In this document: piece by piece, positions 19,201-27,775 of the stretch | Numbering within the stretch: the first letter of the stretch is position 1 | How the letters are laid out: the number at the start of each line of letters is the position of its first letter | Assembly: GCA_965203175.1 (NCBI GenBank) | Contig: OZ241867.1 | Location: forward strand, 3,296,001 to 3,360,000 | Length of the DNA: 64,000 bases | Direction: 5' to 3' | Source of the DNA: Candidatus Latescibacterota bacterium | GTDB taxonomy: Bacteria > Latescibacterota > UBA2968 > UBA8231 | Notes under the pieces: generated by a model | Told to the model about the DNA's origin: nothing | What the model saw: the letters and a program-made list of their open reading frames with translations, nothing else | The model's database searches: none | Made by a program: the position numbers and the translations under genes

Positions 19201-20151
19201 GTGGACCCACTAGCTTTCGACGAATCGCAGCACCGCGCCGCACTCGACCACTTGCAGGATCACGGCTATGCGATCCTGCCCGGAGTGCTGGACGGGGAGT
19301 GCCTCGCAACGCTGCGGAATCAAGTCGATGCTGCTTTGGCCGCCGAACGCGCTGCGCCCTTCGATCCTGGGGATGGAATCCCAATGCCGGACGACGAAGC
19401 CATCGAAGCTTTTCTGGCGGCCAACTACGCGGTCAGCTCCGAGGAACAGGCCCGCCTCATGCGGCGCATTCGCCATACGCGGGCTGTCCAACTCGACACT
19501 CCTTGGCCGGTTGAGCCGGACCAAGTGCAAAAGCTCTTCCTGCACTTGCCGACCTTGTTCGACGGCGAGCGCTCGCAGCGGCTGTGGAATCTGCTGGACA
19601 AGTGCGAGGCAGCACCGGCCTTAGTTGAACATCTCGCGATCCTAAGTCTGACGCGGGCGGTCTTGGGAGCCGACTGCGTGTTGTCCGATTGCAGCGCCAC
19701 CAGCATCGGCCCTGGCACTGACGACGGCGGAGCTTGGCACGTCGATGTGCCGCTGGGCCAGCTCCCCGAGCCGTTGCCCGACTTTCCCCTGACGACTCAA
19801 AACGCGTGGATGCTCGACGATTTCACGCCCGACAACGGGGCCACTCGCGTGGTGCCGGGCAGTCACCGCTGGCGGCGCAAACCGCCTTGGGGAGGTGGTC
19901 CCTTGGCAGACGAGGTCGCTCTCACTGGACCGGCCGGTTCGGTGGCACTGTGGTTGTCCAACACGTGGCATCGCTCCGGTCCCAATCGGACTCAAGCCCC
20001 GCGCCGCGCCGTGTTGTGCTACTACTGCCGCTCGTGGGTCAAGCCCTTCAACGACTTCCACAACAGCATTGCGCCACACAAGGCGCGCGCTCTGTCGCCT
20101 ACCGTGCGCTACCTGATTGGTTACGGTGCCCACGGACTCGTGCGCGGCTGA
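19201..20151 (+). CDS. PhyH-family dioxygenase
   Basis: WHVD, DDFTPDNGATRVVPGSH and NTWHRSGPN motifs. Confidence 0.88.
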   Translation: MDPLAFDESQHRAALDHLQDHGYAILPGVLDGECLATLRNQVDAALAAERAAPFDPGDGIPMPDDEAIEAFLAANYAVSSEEQARLMRRIRHTRAVQLDTPWPVEPDQVQKLFLHLPTLFDGERSQRLWNLLDKCEAAPALVEHLAILSLTRAVLGADCVLSDCSATSIGPGTDDGGAWHVDVPLGQLPEPLPDFPLTTQNAWMLDDFTPDNGATRVVPGSHRWRRKPPWGGGPLADEVALTGPAGSVALWLSNTWHRSGPNRTQAPRRAVLCYYCRSWVKPFNDFHNSIAPHKARALSPTVRYLIGYGAHGLVRG

Positions 20152-20175
20152 AGCCCTTTTCCACAGGAGCGAACT

Positions 20176-21201
20176 GTGCAAATACAAGATCTATTCATCT
20201 CCGGCCAAGAAGGCTACCACACCTATCGCATCCCCGCTTTAGCCGTAGCGCCGGACGACGCAGTGCTGGCCTTTTGCGAAGCGCGCCGCCACACTGGCCG
20301 CGACGACGATCAAATCGACATTTTCCTGCGCCGCAGCATTGACGGCGGGCGCACTTGGGAACCTCGCCAATGGATCGTCGCCGACGGCGAGCGCACCTGC
20401 GGCAATCCCTGCCCTGTAGTTGATCGCGACCGCAGCACCGTGTTGCTGCCCTTTTGCAAAGACAACCAGGAGGTCTTTGTCAGCCGCAGCACCGACAGTG
20501 GACGCACCTGGACCGACCCCGTGGAAATTACCGCCCAAGTGAAGGCTTCTTCGTGGACCTATCTCGGTACCGGACCTGGACACGGCATTCAACTGCAAAG
20601 CGGTCGCTTGCTCGTGCCTTCTTGGGTCGATGAAAGTCCCGGCCCGGCCACGTGGCGTCAGCCTCCACCCACTTGGGGTCAAGTGCAATCCTCCATCGCT
20701 TTTTACAGCGACGACGGTGGCCACACTTGGCAGGTTGGAGCCAAGTTGACTCACGATGCGTCAGACGAATGCGAGGCGGTGGAAATGGTCGATGGCTCTC
20801 TGTACATGACGCTGCGCAGTCGCAACGAACGCCGCTGCCGGGGCTGGTCGCGCAGCGGCGATGGCGGCGCAACTTGGTCTGCGGTTGCCTACGAGCCGGC
20901 CTTGCCCGAACCTTCTTGCCAGGGCAGCATTGTGCGTCTCGACGACGGGCGCATTCTCACGGCGCATCCCAGCAAGCCCGACGAGCGCGCCGAGTTGACC
21001 TTGCGGTTGAGTGAGGACCAAGGGCACAGTTGGCCTGTAGCGCGAGTGCTCGAGCCGGGTGCGGCGGCGTACTCCGATTTGGCGGTGGCTCCCGACGGGC
21101 AGGTTTTGTGTCTATACGAGGCCGAGCGCTCCGGCTGTTTGCGCTTAGCTCGCTTTGCGCCGACGTGGTTGAGGGGAGGTCTTAATGAAATCGGAAATTG
21201 A
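20176..21201 (+). CDS. Sialidase/neuraminidase-like BNR-repeat hydrolase (GH33-like)
   Basis: YRIP motif, five SxDxGxTW Asp boxes, AAYSDL and LYE motifs. No signal peptide. Confidence 0.88.
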   Translation: MQIQDLFISGQEGYHTYRIPALAVAPDDAVLAFCEARRHTGRDDDQIDIFLRRSIDGGRTWEPRQWIVADGERTCGNPCPVVDRDRSTVLLPFCKDNQEVFVSRSTDSGRTWTDPVEITAQVKASSWTYLGTGPGHGIQLQSGRLLVPSWVDESPGPATWRQPPPTWGQVQSSIAFYSDDGGHTWQVGAKLTHDASDECEAVEMVDGSLYMTLRSRNERRCRGWSRSGDGGATWSAVAYEPALPEPSCQGSIVRLDDGRILTAHPSKPDERAELTLRLSEDQGHSWPVARVLEPGAAAYSDLAVAPDGQVLCLYEAERSGCLRLARFAPTWLRGGLNEIGN

Positions 21202-21252
21202 GTTACAAAAGCGCGTTCCAATGTACACCAAAAACAGCGCAGTGTCATAGAA

Positions 21253-22539
21253 ATGAAACACGTCATCATTGTAGGAGGAGGTTTTGCCGGTTTGAATGCG
21301 GCCAAGAAGCTCGGCGGCGCTCCTGATGTCCGCGTTACACTTGTCGATCGACAGAACTATCATTTGTTCCAACCTCTGCTCTATCAGGTGGCAATGGCTG
21401 GTTTGTCGCCGGCCGATATTGCCGCACCCATCCGCAGTCTACTCGCGCGCTACGAGAACGTCTCCGTGCTGCAGGGCAAGATCGAGAGTGTCGATTTGCA
21501 GGCCCAGACCGTCTCGGCGGATTTTGGTCAGCTCGAATTCGACTATTTGCTGCTTTGCTGTGGGGCGATTCCGACTTACTTCGGTCATGCGAACTGGGAA
21601 GAGTACGCCCCTAGCCTGAAAACTGTGCCGCAAGCAACCGAGATTCGCCGTCGCCTACTCAGTTCTTTCGAAGCGGCGGAACGGGTTGGCGATTCCGCAA
21701 GACGCCGACAGTTGTTGACGTTTGTCGTCATCGGTGGCGGGCCTACCGGAGTTGAGTTGGCGGGCGCTATCGGCGAAATGAGTCGTTTCACGCTCGCCAG
21801 GGACTTTCGCAAGATCGACACCAAACTCACGCGGGTCATTCTCATTGAATCCGGCCCGCGAATCCTCCCATCGTTCAGCGAGAAACAGGCGAGCCGCGCA
21901 ACGCGAGATTTGGAAAAGCTCGGTGTGCAAGTCTGGCCGAACAGTCTTGTGACCAGAATTGACGAGGACGGCGTTGAAGTGGGTGCGAAGCGAATCTACT
22001 CTTCAACCATACTCTGGGCAGCCGGAGTACGCGGAGTTGAATTCGCCCGGCGCGATGATTTGGAGGTAGATGAGCAGGGACGCGCAGTCGTCGACAAAGA
22101 TCTGAGCATTGACGGATACCCAAACGCGTTTGTCGCCGGCGACCAGGCAAGCTTCACCCACCAGACCGGCAAGCCGCTTCCGGGCACAGCACCAGTGGCA
22201 ATGCAACAGGGTCGTTTTGTGGCTAGGACGATCCTCCGCGACCTTGCAGGCAAACCGCGCGAAGCCTTTCGCTTTGTCGACAGGGGCCAGATGGCGACAA
22301 TCGGTCGCAGCCGCGCCATTGTCGAAATCGGCAAGCTGCGATTCTCCGGTTGGTTTGCGTGGCTCACCTGGTTGGTGGTGCACATCTACTTTCTCGTCGG
22401 CTTCAAGAACCGGCTATTCGTCGTGCTGAATTGGGCTTGGTCCTATGTGACGTTTCGACGCGGTGCCCGATTGATCGTCGAGCGCGAGTGGAGATTCAGT
22501 AAGATCGACGCCAACGACCAGACGCCATCAAAAAAATAA
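21253..22539 (+). CDS. ndh: Type II NADH:quinone oxidoreductase
   Basis: GGGFAG, FQPLLYQVA, GGGPTGVELAG, AGD and C-terminal WLxVHIxFL motifs. Confidence 0.9.
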   Translation: MKHVIIVGGGFAGLNAAKKLGGAPDVRVTLVDRQNYHLFQPLLYQVAMAGLSPADIAAPIRSLLARYENVSVLQGKIESVDLQAQTVSADFGQLEFDYLLLCCGAIPTYFGHANWEEYAPSLKTVPQATEIRRRLLSSFEAAERVGDSARRRQLLTFVVIGGGPTGVELAGAIGEMSRFTLARDFRKIDTKLTRVILIESGPRILPSFSEKQASRATRDLEKLGVQVWPNSLVTRIDEDGVEVGAKRIYSSTILWAAGVRGVEFARRDDLEVDEQGRAVVDKDLSIDGYPNAFVAGDQASFTHQTGKPLPGTAPVAMQQGRFVARTILRDLAGKPREAFRFVDRGQMATIGRSRAIVEIGKLRFSGWFAWLTWLVVHIYFLVGFKNRLFVVLNWAWSYVTFRRGARLIVEREWRFSKIDANDQTPSKK

Positions 22540-22583
22540 AAAGGCGCTATTTTCAGGAGGCCGTGGCCTTGGCTTGGGAACGG

Positions 22584-24578
22584 TCAGTACATCACTGGAA
22601 TTTCATTGCCCACTGTGCCGGTAAACGCGTCAATGACCAGCCACAGACCTCCGGTGGCGAATTGACCGGCGATCAGGCCGAGGAAAAAGGGGCGGATTTT
22701 GTGGTATAGACCAACGCCGCCGTAGCGCAGGATGACGAGTTTGATCAGCCAAGCCAAAAAGACGGAGAACCAGATGTAGCGCATGGTCCACCCGGCGCTG
22801 ACGGCAAAGCCCAGCGGGTGGAAGGGCCACCACATCAGGCGCTGGCGGGCGATCATGAGGAGGGCCATAACTAGGCCGCCGCTCAAGGTCCAGAGCCAGC
22901 CGTCGACGCTGACTCCGGAGGGCTCATTCAATTTGCGCAGGGCGAATTTAGAGGGATAGCCCGGGAAGCTCTGGCCGAAGAACTGGTTGTGGAGATTGAC
23001 CCCGCCATAGTCATAGGCCAGGTGGAGGGTGTAGTAGATGGAGACGGCTAGAGTGATGAACATGGCCCCGGCAATGCCCCACAAGAGCCGGCGCCGGTTG
23101 CCCGTGGTCTCGCTGGTCAGGCGCAGGCTGTTGGACAGGGGCGCCATCATAAAGACCAGCAATTCGCCGACCCAGATGAGGGAGTAGGCCGCGGCCACCA
23201 TGCCCTTGGCCCCCAAGGCCGGGACGCCTACCCCGGAAACCACGAAACCGAGGGGCACCATGGCCGGGCTCAATGTGGGGATGCCGGCCTCGACAATGGC
23301 GCGCGTCAGGCCGATGAAGATGACGAGGGCCGAAAAGACGAACAGCGGCGCGACCCAGGCGGGAATGCCGCTTTGCCACAGCCAGAGGGTCATGCCCGCG
23401 GTGCCGATGAGAAGCCCCAACAGGGCGCTGCGGTAGGACATGATCTCATCGGCATCGTCGCCCGAGGCCTTCTTGGACACGGCTTGGCGCCACACCTCGG
23501 CTAGGTGATGCCGTCCCACCCACAGGCCCGCCCCTACCATTACAATCAGAGCTCCCATCATCTGGTGGCCGGTCACTGGAGTGCTCCAAGGGCCGAGGGT
23601 GGCCTGTAGAGTGTCGATGCCCAACAGGCCGAGGACGTGTTGTTGCAGCGTATAGACCAGAAGGAAGAACCACAGGCTGAGCGAGAGGGTGGAATTGATG
23701 AGGAAGGAGAAGCCCAGCATGAGGAAATTGAGGTTGACCGGCAGATTGGCGCCGAAGAAGGACACGCTGGTCTTCAGACTGATCTGGGCCACGGAGGGGA
23801 AATAGTGGTGCAGGGCATTGAGGCTGCCGACTAGGAAAGGGATGGCAAAGCCGATCCACATGAGCCTGTTTTTAAAAAAGGGCTTGAGCAGGGAGGATCG
23901 GCCCTCGTCCTCGATCATGGCTAGGGCCACCTGGGCCAAGGGATAGGCTAGGCGCTCGTGTTCGACCCACTGGCGGCGCAGGATCACGGCAATGGAGATG
24001 AGGGTGAGGTACAAGGCGGCGTAGAACAGCAGCCAGTAGCCGAGGGGGGGCAACCAGTTGGCCCAGGGGATGGCTGTGGTGCCGATACTGCCTTCGTAGA
24101 AACCGCGCACGGCCTCGGGGTCGCCCATCAGCATCCATTCGGTGAGATGGGGATGGACGACTTCGGCCCATTTGTTCTCGGCCGAGGCATAGTAGTAGGT
24201 CCCGGTAATCATGGGCAGGAGCATGCCGGTTACGCCCCGGGAGGGGATGGCCGCGGCGACCATCATCATAATGGCGATGGTGACCAGTTCGCCCCATTGC
24301 AGACCCCATTGCCGCTTGGGCAGGGCCAGCACCACGTGGACGGTGATCAGAAGAAAAAAAAGCAGACAGTACGCCGCTGGGGTCGACGAGGAAAAGCCCA
24401 TGGGCGTGCCCTTGACCAGCATGGTGGTATGGGGCACGCCGAGGGCAATGGCAACGCACAGCAGGGCACCGAGAAACAGGCCGCGGAAAGTGATGTGGGC
24501 GTTGGGGCGTTCCCGGGCTCGGGGCGCGGCGCGTTCGGCGAGACGGGCCCGCAGACTGGCGGGGATTTTTCTTTTCAA
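22584..24578 (-). CDS. DUF6785/DUF6784-type polytopic membrane protein
   Basis: RRQWVEHERLAYP, WWPFHPLG and PFFLGLIAG motifs; paralog of 14940-16880. Confidence 0.75.
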   Translation of the reverse strand: MKRKIPASLRARLAERAAPRARERPNAHITFRGLFLGALLCVAIALGVPHTTMLVKGTPMGFSSSTPAAYCLLFFLLITVHVVLALPKRQWGLQWGELVTIAIMMMVAAAIPSRGVTGMLLPMITGTYYYASAENKWAEVVHPHLTEWMLMGDPEAVRGFYEGSIGTTAIPWANWLPPLGYWLLFYAALYLTLISIAVILRRQWVEHERLAYPLAQVALAMIEDEGRSSLLKPFFKNRLMWIGFAIPFLVGSLNALHHYFPSVAQISLKTSVSFFGANLPVNLNFLMLGFSFLINSTLSLSLWFFLLVYTLQQHVLGLLGIDTLQATLGPWSTPVTGHQMMGALIVMVGAGLWVGRHHLAEVWRQAVSKKASGDDADEIMSYRSALLGLLIGTAGMTLWLWQSGIPAWVAPLFVFSALVIFIGLTRAIVEAGIPTLSPAMVPLGFVVSGVGVPALGAKGMVAAAYSLIWVGELLVFMMAPLSNSLRLTSETTGNRRRLLWGIAGAMFITLAVSIYYTLHLAYDYGGVNLHNQFFGQSFPGYPSKFALRKLNEPSGVSVDGWLWTLSGGLVMALLMIARQRLMWWPFHPLGFAVSAGWTMRYIWFSVFLAWLIKLVILRYGGVGLYHKIRPFFLGLIAGQFATGGLWLVIDAFTGTVGNEIPVMY

Positions 24579-24733
24579 GCCGGATGCCTAATTGCAGTCG
24601 CTCGATGGGCTGAGTGCGGGGATTTTGTGGAGGCCAAGCCCTGGCCTATCTTTGTCCCAACCTATGTTTTCCAGCCGAAGTTTGTCAATGTCTTGTTGGG
24701 TCCGATGGACCACTTAGAAAAGGGAGGGCGGAA

Positions 24734-25972
24734 GTGAACGGCGTGAGGGAATCTGCAAAAATCCCGAGACAGAAAAAGCCCTTTGATCGCATTCTAGGGC
24801 ACCAGTACACCGTCTTCGACGGGCTAGCTGGGATGCAGGTGGAAGACATCTACCAAGATCAGCGTGGCCTGCTGTGGATCGCCACAGCCGACGGCGGCGT
24901 GAGCCGGTTCGACGGAACGCACTTCGATACCTTTGGCCTGTCGGATGGGCTTCCCAGTCTCACGGTATCGACCATCGCCGAGGACGCAGACGGGCGACTG
25001 CTCTTTGGTACGCTCGGCGGCGGACTGGCGGCCTATGACGAGCGCGGTTTTCAGGTGTACACCACCGAGCACAGGCTACCCTCCAACGACATAGTGAGCC
25101 TGCAACCGCAGGCCGATGGTTCAATACGGGTGCTGACCGATGGAGGGATAGGCTGGTTTGCCGAGGGGCGATGCGTAGAGCGCGTGACAGAAATTGCGGG
25201 TCAGCCGCTAGGGTGGGTGTACGACATGGCCACTGACACAACGGGTACGACGTGGCTGGCGACGCAGCAACGGGGGACCATCAGCCTGGACGGTCGGCGC
25301 ATGAGTGCGGAGAATGGCGCAATGCAGTGGCCGTGGAAGTTTGCCCAAGACGCCTCTGGTCCTCTGTGGATCGCCTTTCGCTACGTTGGCACCAAAGTCG
25401 TTATAGGCCGCTACGATCCAGACAGTCAACGGCTCGACCTGATCGAGGCAGACGCAGCTATCGAAGGGACGGAGGCCGTAAATCACGGTACTCGCCATGT
25501 GCGCTTGGACGATAAAGGCCGGTTGTGGATGGCTCGCCAGGGCGTGCTAGTGTACGACGGGAAGGAATGGCATCCTTTTTCCGCTGGCTTGCCGGATGTT
25601 CACTTTTCGGATGCGCGGCTGACCTATGCGGACCGCGAAGGAAATATCTGGGTGGGATTGTGGGGCGGCGGACTGATTTTTTGTGATCCGGTTAGTGTTC
25701 AGTTATACACCGGAGCGGATGGCCTGCCCGACAGCGGGGTCCACCAGCTCAGCGAAGACCATCAAGGCCGGGTCTGGATCGGCACGATGGGGGGGCTAGC
25801 TTGTCTTGAAGACGGCCGGATTCGCTCAGTGGAGACCGGGCACAAGGTCACGGCGTTGGCGATAGACCGCCAAGGACAGATCTGGCGCGAGAGCCCCGAG
25901 GGGTCTGTCCGTCAATGGCATTCTGGCTCTGACGGCCGACCCTCAACAAGGGTGTCTGTGGATTGGGACTAG
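24734..25972 (+). CDS. N-terminal part of a split sigma-54 activator: two-component-regulator-type beta-propeller
   Basis: GTG 24734 after GGGAGG. Repeated DGLP...I.ED..G.LW.GT.GG blades; similarity is lost after GQIW (about 25886). Confidence 0.7.
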   Translation: MNGVRESAKIPRQKKPFDRILGHQYTVFDGLAGMQVEDIYQDQRGLLWIATADGGVSRFDGTHFDTFGLSDGLPSLTVSTIAEDADGRLLFGTLGGGLAAYDERGFQVYTTEHRLPSNDIVSLQPQADGSIRVLTDGGIGWFAEGRCVERVTEIAGQPLGWVYDMATDTTGTTWLATQQRGTISLDGRRMSAENGAMQWPWKFAQDASGPLWIAFRYVGTKVVIGRYDPDSQRLDLIEADAAIEGTEAVNHGTRHVRLDDKGRLWMARQGVLVYDGKEWHPFSAGLPDVHFSDARLTYADREGNIWVGLWGGGLIFCDPVSVQLYTGADGLPDSGVHQLSEDHQGRVWIGTMGGLACLEDGRIRSVETGHKVTALAIDRQGQIWRESPEGSVRQWHSGSDGRPSTRVSVDWD

Positions 25973-25982
25973 CGGCGGAGGC

Positions 25983-27455
25983 GTGCTGAAGTACGATGGC
26001 CGGGGGTTTCAGAGCATCCGTTTGGGCAAATCCACCTTGGAGAATATCGTCGAGGCCATCCTGCGCGATAGTCGGGGCCGGCTGTGGTTCGGGACGAGGG
26101 CGGGGCTGATTGCGTATCAACCTGGCAATACGCCCCCGGGTATCGTGATTCGCCAAGTTGTGGCGGGGCGTCTGTTGGAGATGCCCCAAGCCGTGTCCTG
26201 TCCAGATAGCACCCCTGAGATTCAGTTCCACTTCCAGGGCCTTAGCTTCCGAAGCGGGGCCGAGCAGATGCGCTACAGCCATCGGCTCGTCAGCCACAGC
26301 CCGGCAGAAGAGTGGAGTGCGTTCACGTCTTCCAACAGAGTGTCGTACAACGGCGTACCGGTCGGCCAGTTCCGCTTTGAGGTACGGGTTTTAGATCGGG
26401 ATGGCCTCATGTCGGAAGTCGCTAGCCTCGATGTACAGGTGTTTGCCGACGAGAAGAGCGTGCGCCTTCAGCGCTTAGAACACATGCTGCGGGATGCGGA
26501 TCAGGACTTTCTCTATCAGAGCCAAGCCATGACCCAGCTCTTAGAGAGGATCGAGCAGATGGCCGATACTGATATGACGATGCTGGTGCTAGGCGAGACC
26601 GGCGTGGGCAAGGGCGTGCTCGCCCAGAGGATCCACAACCTGAGCCGACGCCGAGGGCAGCCCTTTGTCGCGCTCAATTGCGGCTCCCTGCCCGCCGGGC
26701 TGATTGAGAGCGAGTTGTTCGGCCACGAGCGAGGGGCTTTTACTGGTGCCGTGAAGCGGCATATCGGCTGTTTTGAACGGGCTAACTACGGCACCTTGTT
26801 CCTCGATGAAATCGGCGATCTGTCGTTAGAAGTCCAACAGGCACTGCTCCGCATTCTGGAGAATCGCTACCTGACGCGCGTCGGCGGCGAGCAGTCGATC
26901 CCGGTGGATGTGCGGGTGATTGCGGCGACCAACAAGGATCTGAAAGAGGCCATCCGGGCGGGGACGTTCCGGGAAGATCTGTTCTACCGCTTGAGCGCGT
27001 GGCCGGTGAAGCTGCCGCCGCTGCGGGAGCGTCGAGAGGATATCCCGCTCTTGACGGCGCATTTTGCGCGTCGGTATGCCCAAAATTTGCAGCGATCGGT
27101 GCCAGCGTTGGGCGACGGAGTGGTGAAGCATTTGCAGGCGTATGCGTGGCCGGGAAATGTGCGCGAGTTGGAGCATCTGATCTGGCGGGCGGTGGTGCTA
27201 TGCCAAGGGGAGGCCATTCAGATGGAGGATGTGCCGCTGGCTGCTGAAGACGAAGCCACGGAGAAGCCTCTTGAGCCGCCGCCCGCGCCAGTTGAAGCCG
27301 AATTCAAAGACGAGAAACAGCAAATCGCGGAGGCGCTACAAGCGACCAACTGGATGGTTTATGGCGAGCGGGGTGCGGCGCGCTTGTTGGGCATGAACCC
27401 GGAGAAGCTGCGCTACCGCATGCAGAAGTACGGGTTGCGCCGACCGAAGAGGTAG
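25983..27455 (+). CDS. C-terminal part: last propeller blades, Y_Y_Y domain, sigma-54 AAA+ enhancer-binding domain and Fis-type HTH
   Basis: GETGVGK, ESELFGHERGAFTGA, LFLDEIG, WPGNVRELE and GAARLLG motifs. This frame stays open upstream as GLSVNGILALTADPQQGCLWIGTSGGG. Confidence 0.88.
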   Translation: MLKYDGRGFQSIRLGKSTLENIVEAILRDSRGRLWFGTRAGLIAYQPGNTPPGIVIRQVVAGRLLEMPQAVSCPDSTPEIQFHFQGLSFRSGAEQMRYSHRLVSHSPAEEWSAFTSSNRVSYNGVPVGQFRFEVRVLDRDGLMSEVASLDVQVFADEKSVRLQRLEHMLRDADQDFLYQSQAMTQLLERIEQMADTDMTMLVLGETGVGKGVLAQRIHNLSRRRGQPFVALNCGSLPAGLIESELFGHERGAFTGAVKRHIGCFERANYGTLFLDEIGDLSLEVQQALLRILENRYLTRVGGEQSIPVDVRVIAATNKDLKEAIRAGTFREDLFYRLSAWPVKLPPLRERREDIPLLTAHFARRYAQNLQRSVPALGDGVVKHLQAYAWPGNVRELEHLIWRAVVLCQGEAIQMEDVPLAAEDEATEKPLEPPPAPVEAEFKDEKQQIAEALQATNWMVYGERGAARLLGMNPEKLRYRMQKYGLRRPKR

Positions 27456-27491
27456 TACGCAACACTCCCGAGTATAGAGACGCGCCGGCCA

Positions 27492-27549
27492 ACACGGAAA
27501 GTCGTGGAGAATCCACGGAAAATCGTGGAAAGCCCACGGAAAATCGTGG
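27492..27549. promoter_or_regulatory. Three palindromes (C/A)CACG-N6-CGTGG at 21-bp period; putative upstream activator sequences
   Basis: Units start at 27492, 27513 and 27534, about 120-180 bp upstream of a -24/-12 promoter. Confidence 0.7.
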
Positions 27550-27670
27550 AAAGTCTTGCACTACGGCTGAGGCCGCGCAGCGCAGAAAAATTCGTCTCAT
27601 ACGTTAAGTGTCATTCCTTCAATTCTTTAGGGTGTTCCTAAAGAATTTTTTTGTGCGGGGTCTCTTGGGG

Positions 27671-27686
27671 TGGCACGAAATATGCT
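27671..27686 (+). promoter_or_regulatory. Sigma-54 (-24/-12) promoter
   Basis: TGGCACGAAATATGCT matches TGGCACG-N4-TTGCW with exact GG-N10-GC spacing and one mismatch; lies downstream of a bEBP gene. Confidence 0.8.
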
Positions 27687-27775
27687 CATACCTAATTGAT
27701 CCTTCACATCCTCCAGTACATAGAGCCGCGCTGGGAACCGGCTACTACACCACCCACCGACTTTGGAGGTGAACT

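Larger units (their letters stand above)
24734..27455 (+). pseudogene. Probable single frameshifted or internally deleted propeller-Y_Y_Y-bEBP gene
   Basis: Propeller homology switches frame at about 25886-25905 (ATCTGGCGCGAGAGCCCCGAGGGGTCTG). Confidence 0.6.

Noticed and set aside
23958-24737. 259-aa plus-strand ORF
   Set aside because: Shadow of the DUF6785-type gene.
27492-27555. Repeat array as a CRISPR or iteron array
   Set aside because: The period is only 21 bp, there are no unique spacers and no cas or rep genes. Its position fits activator binding sites.
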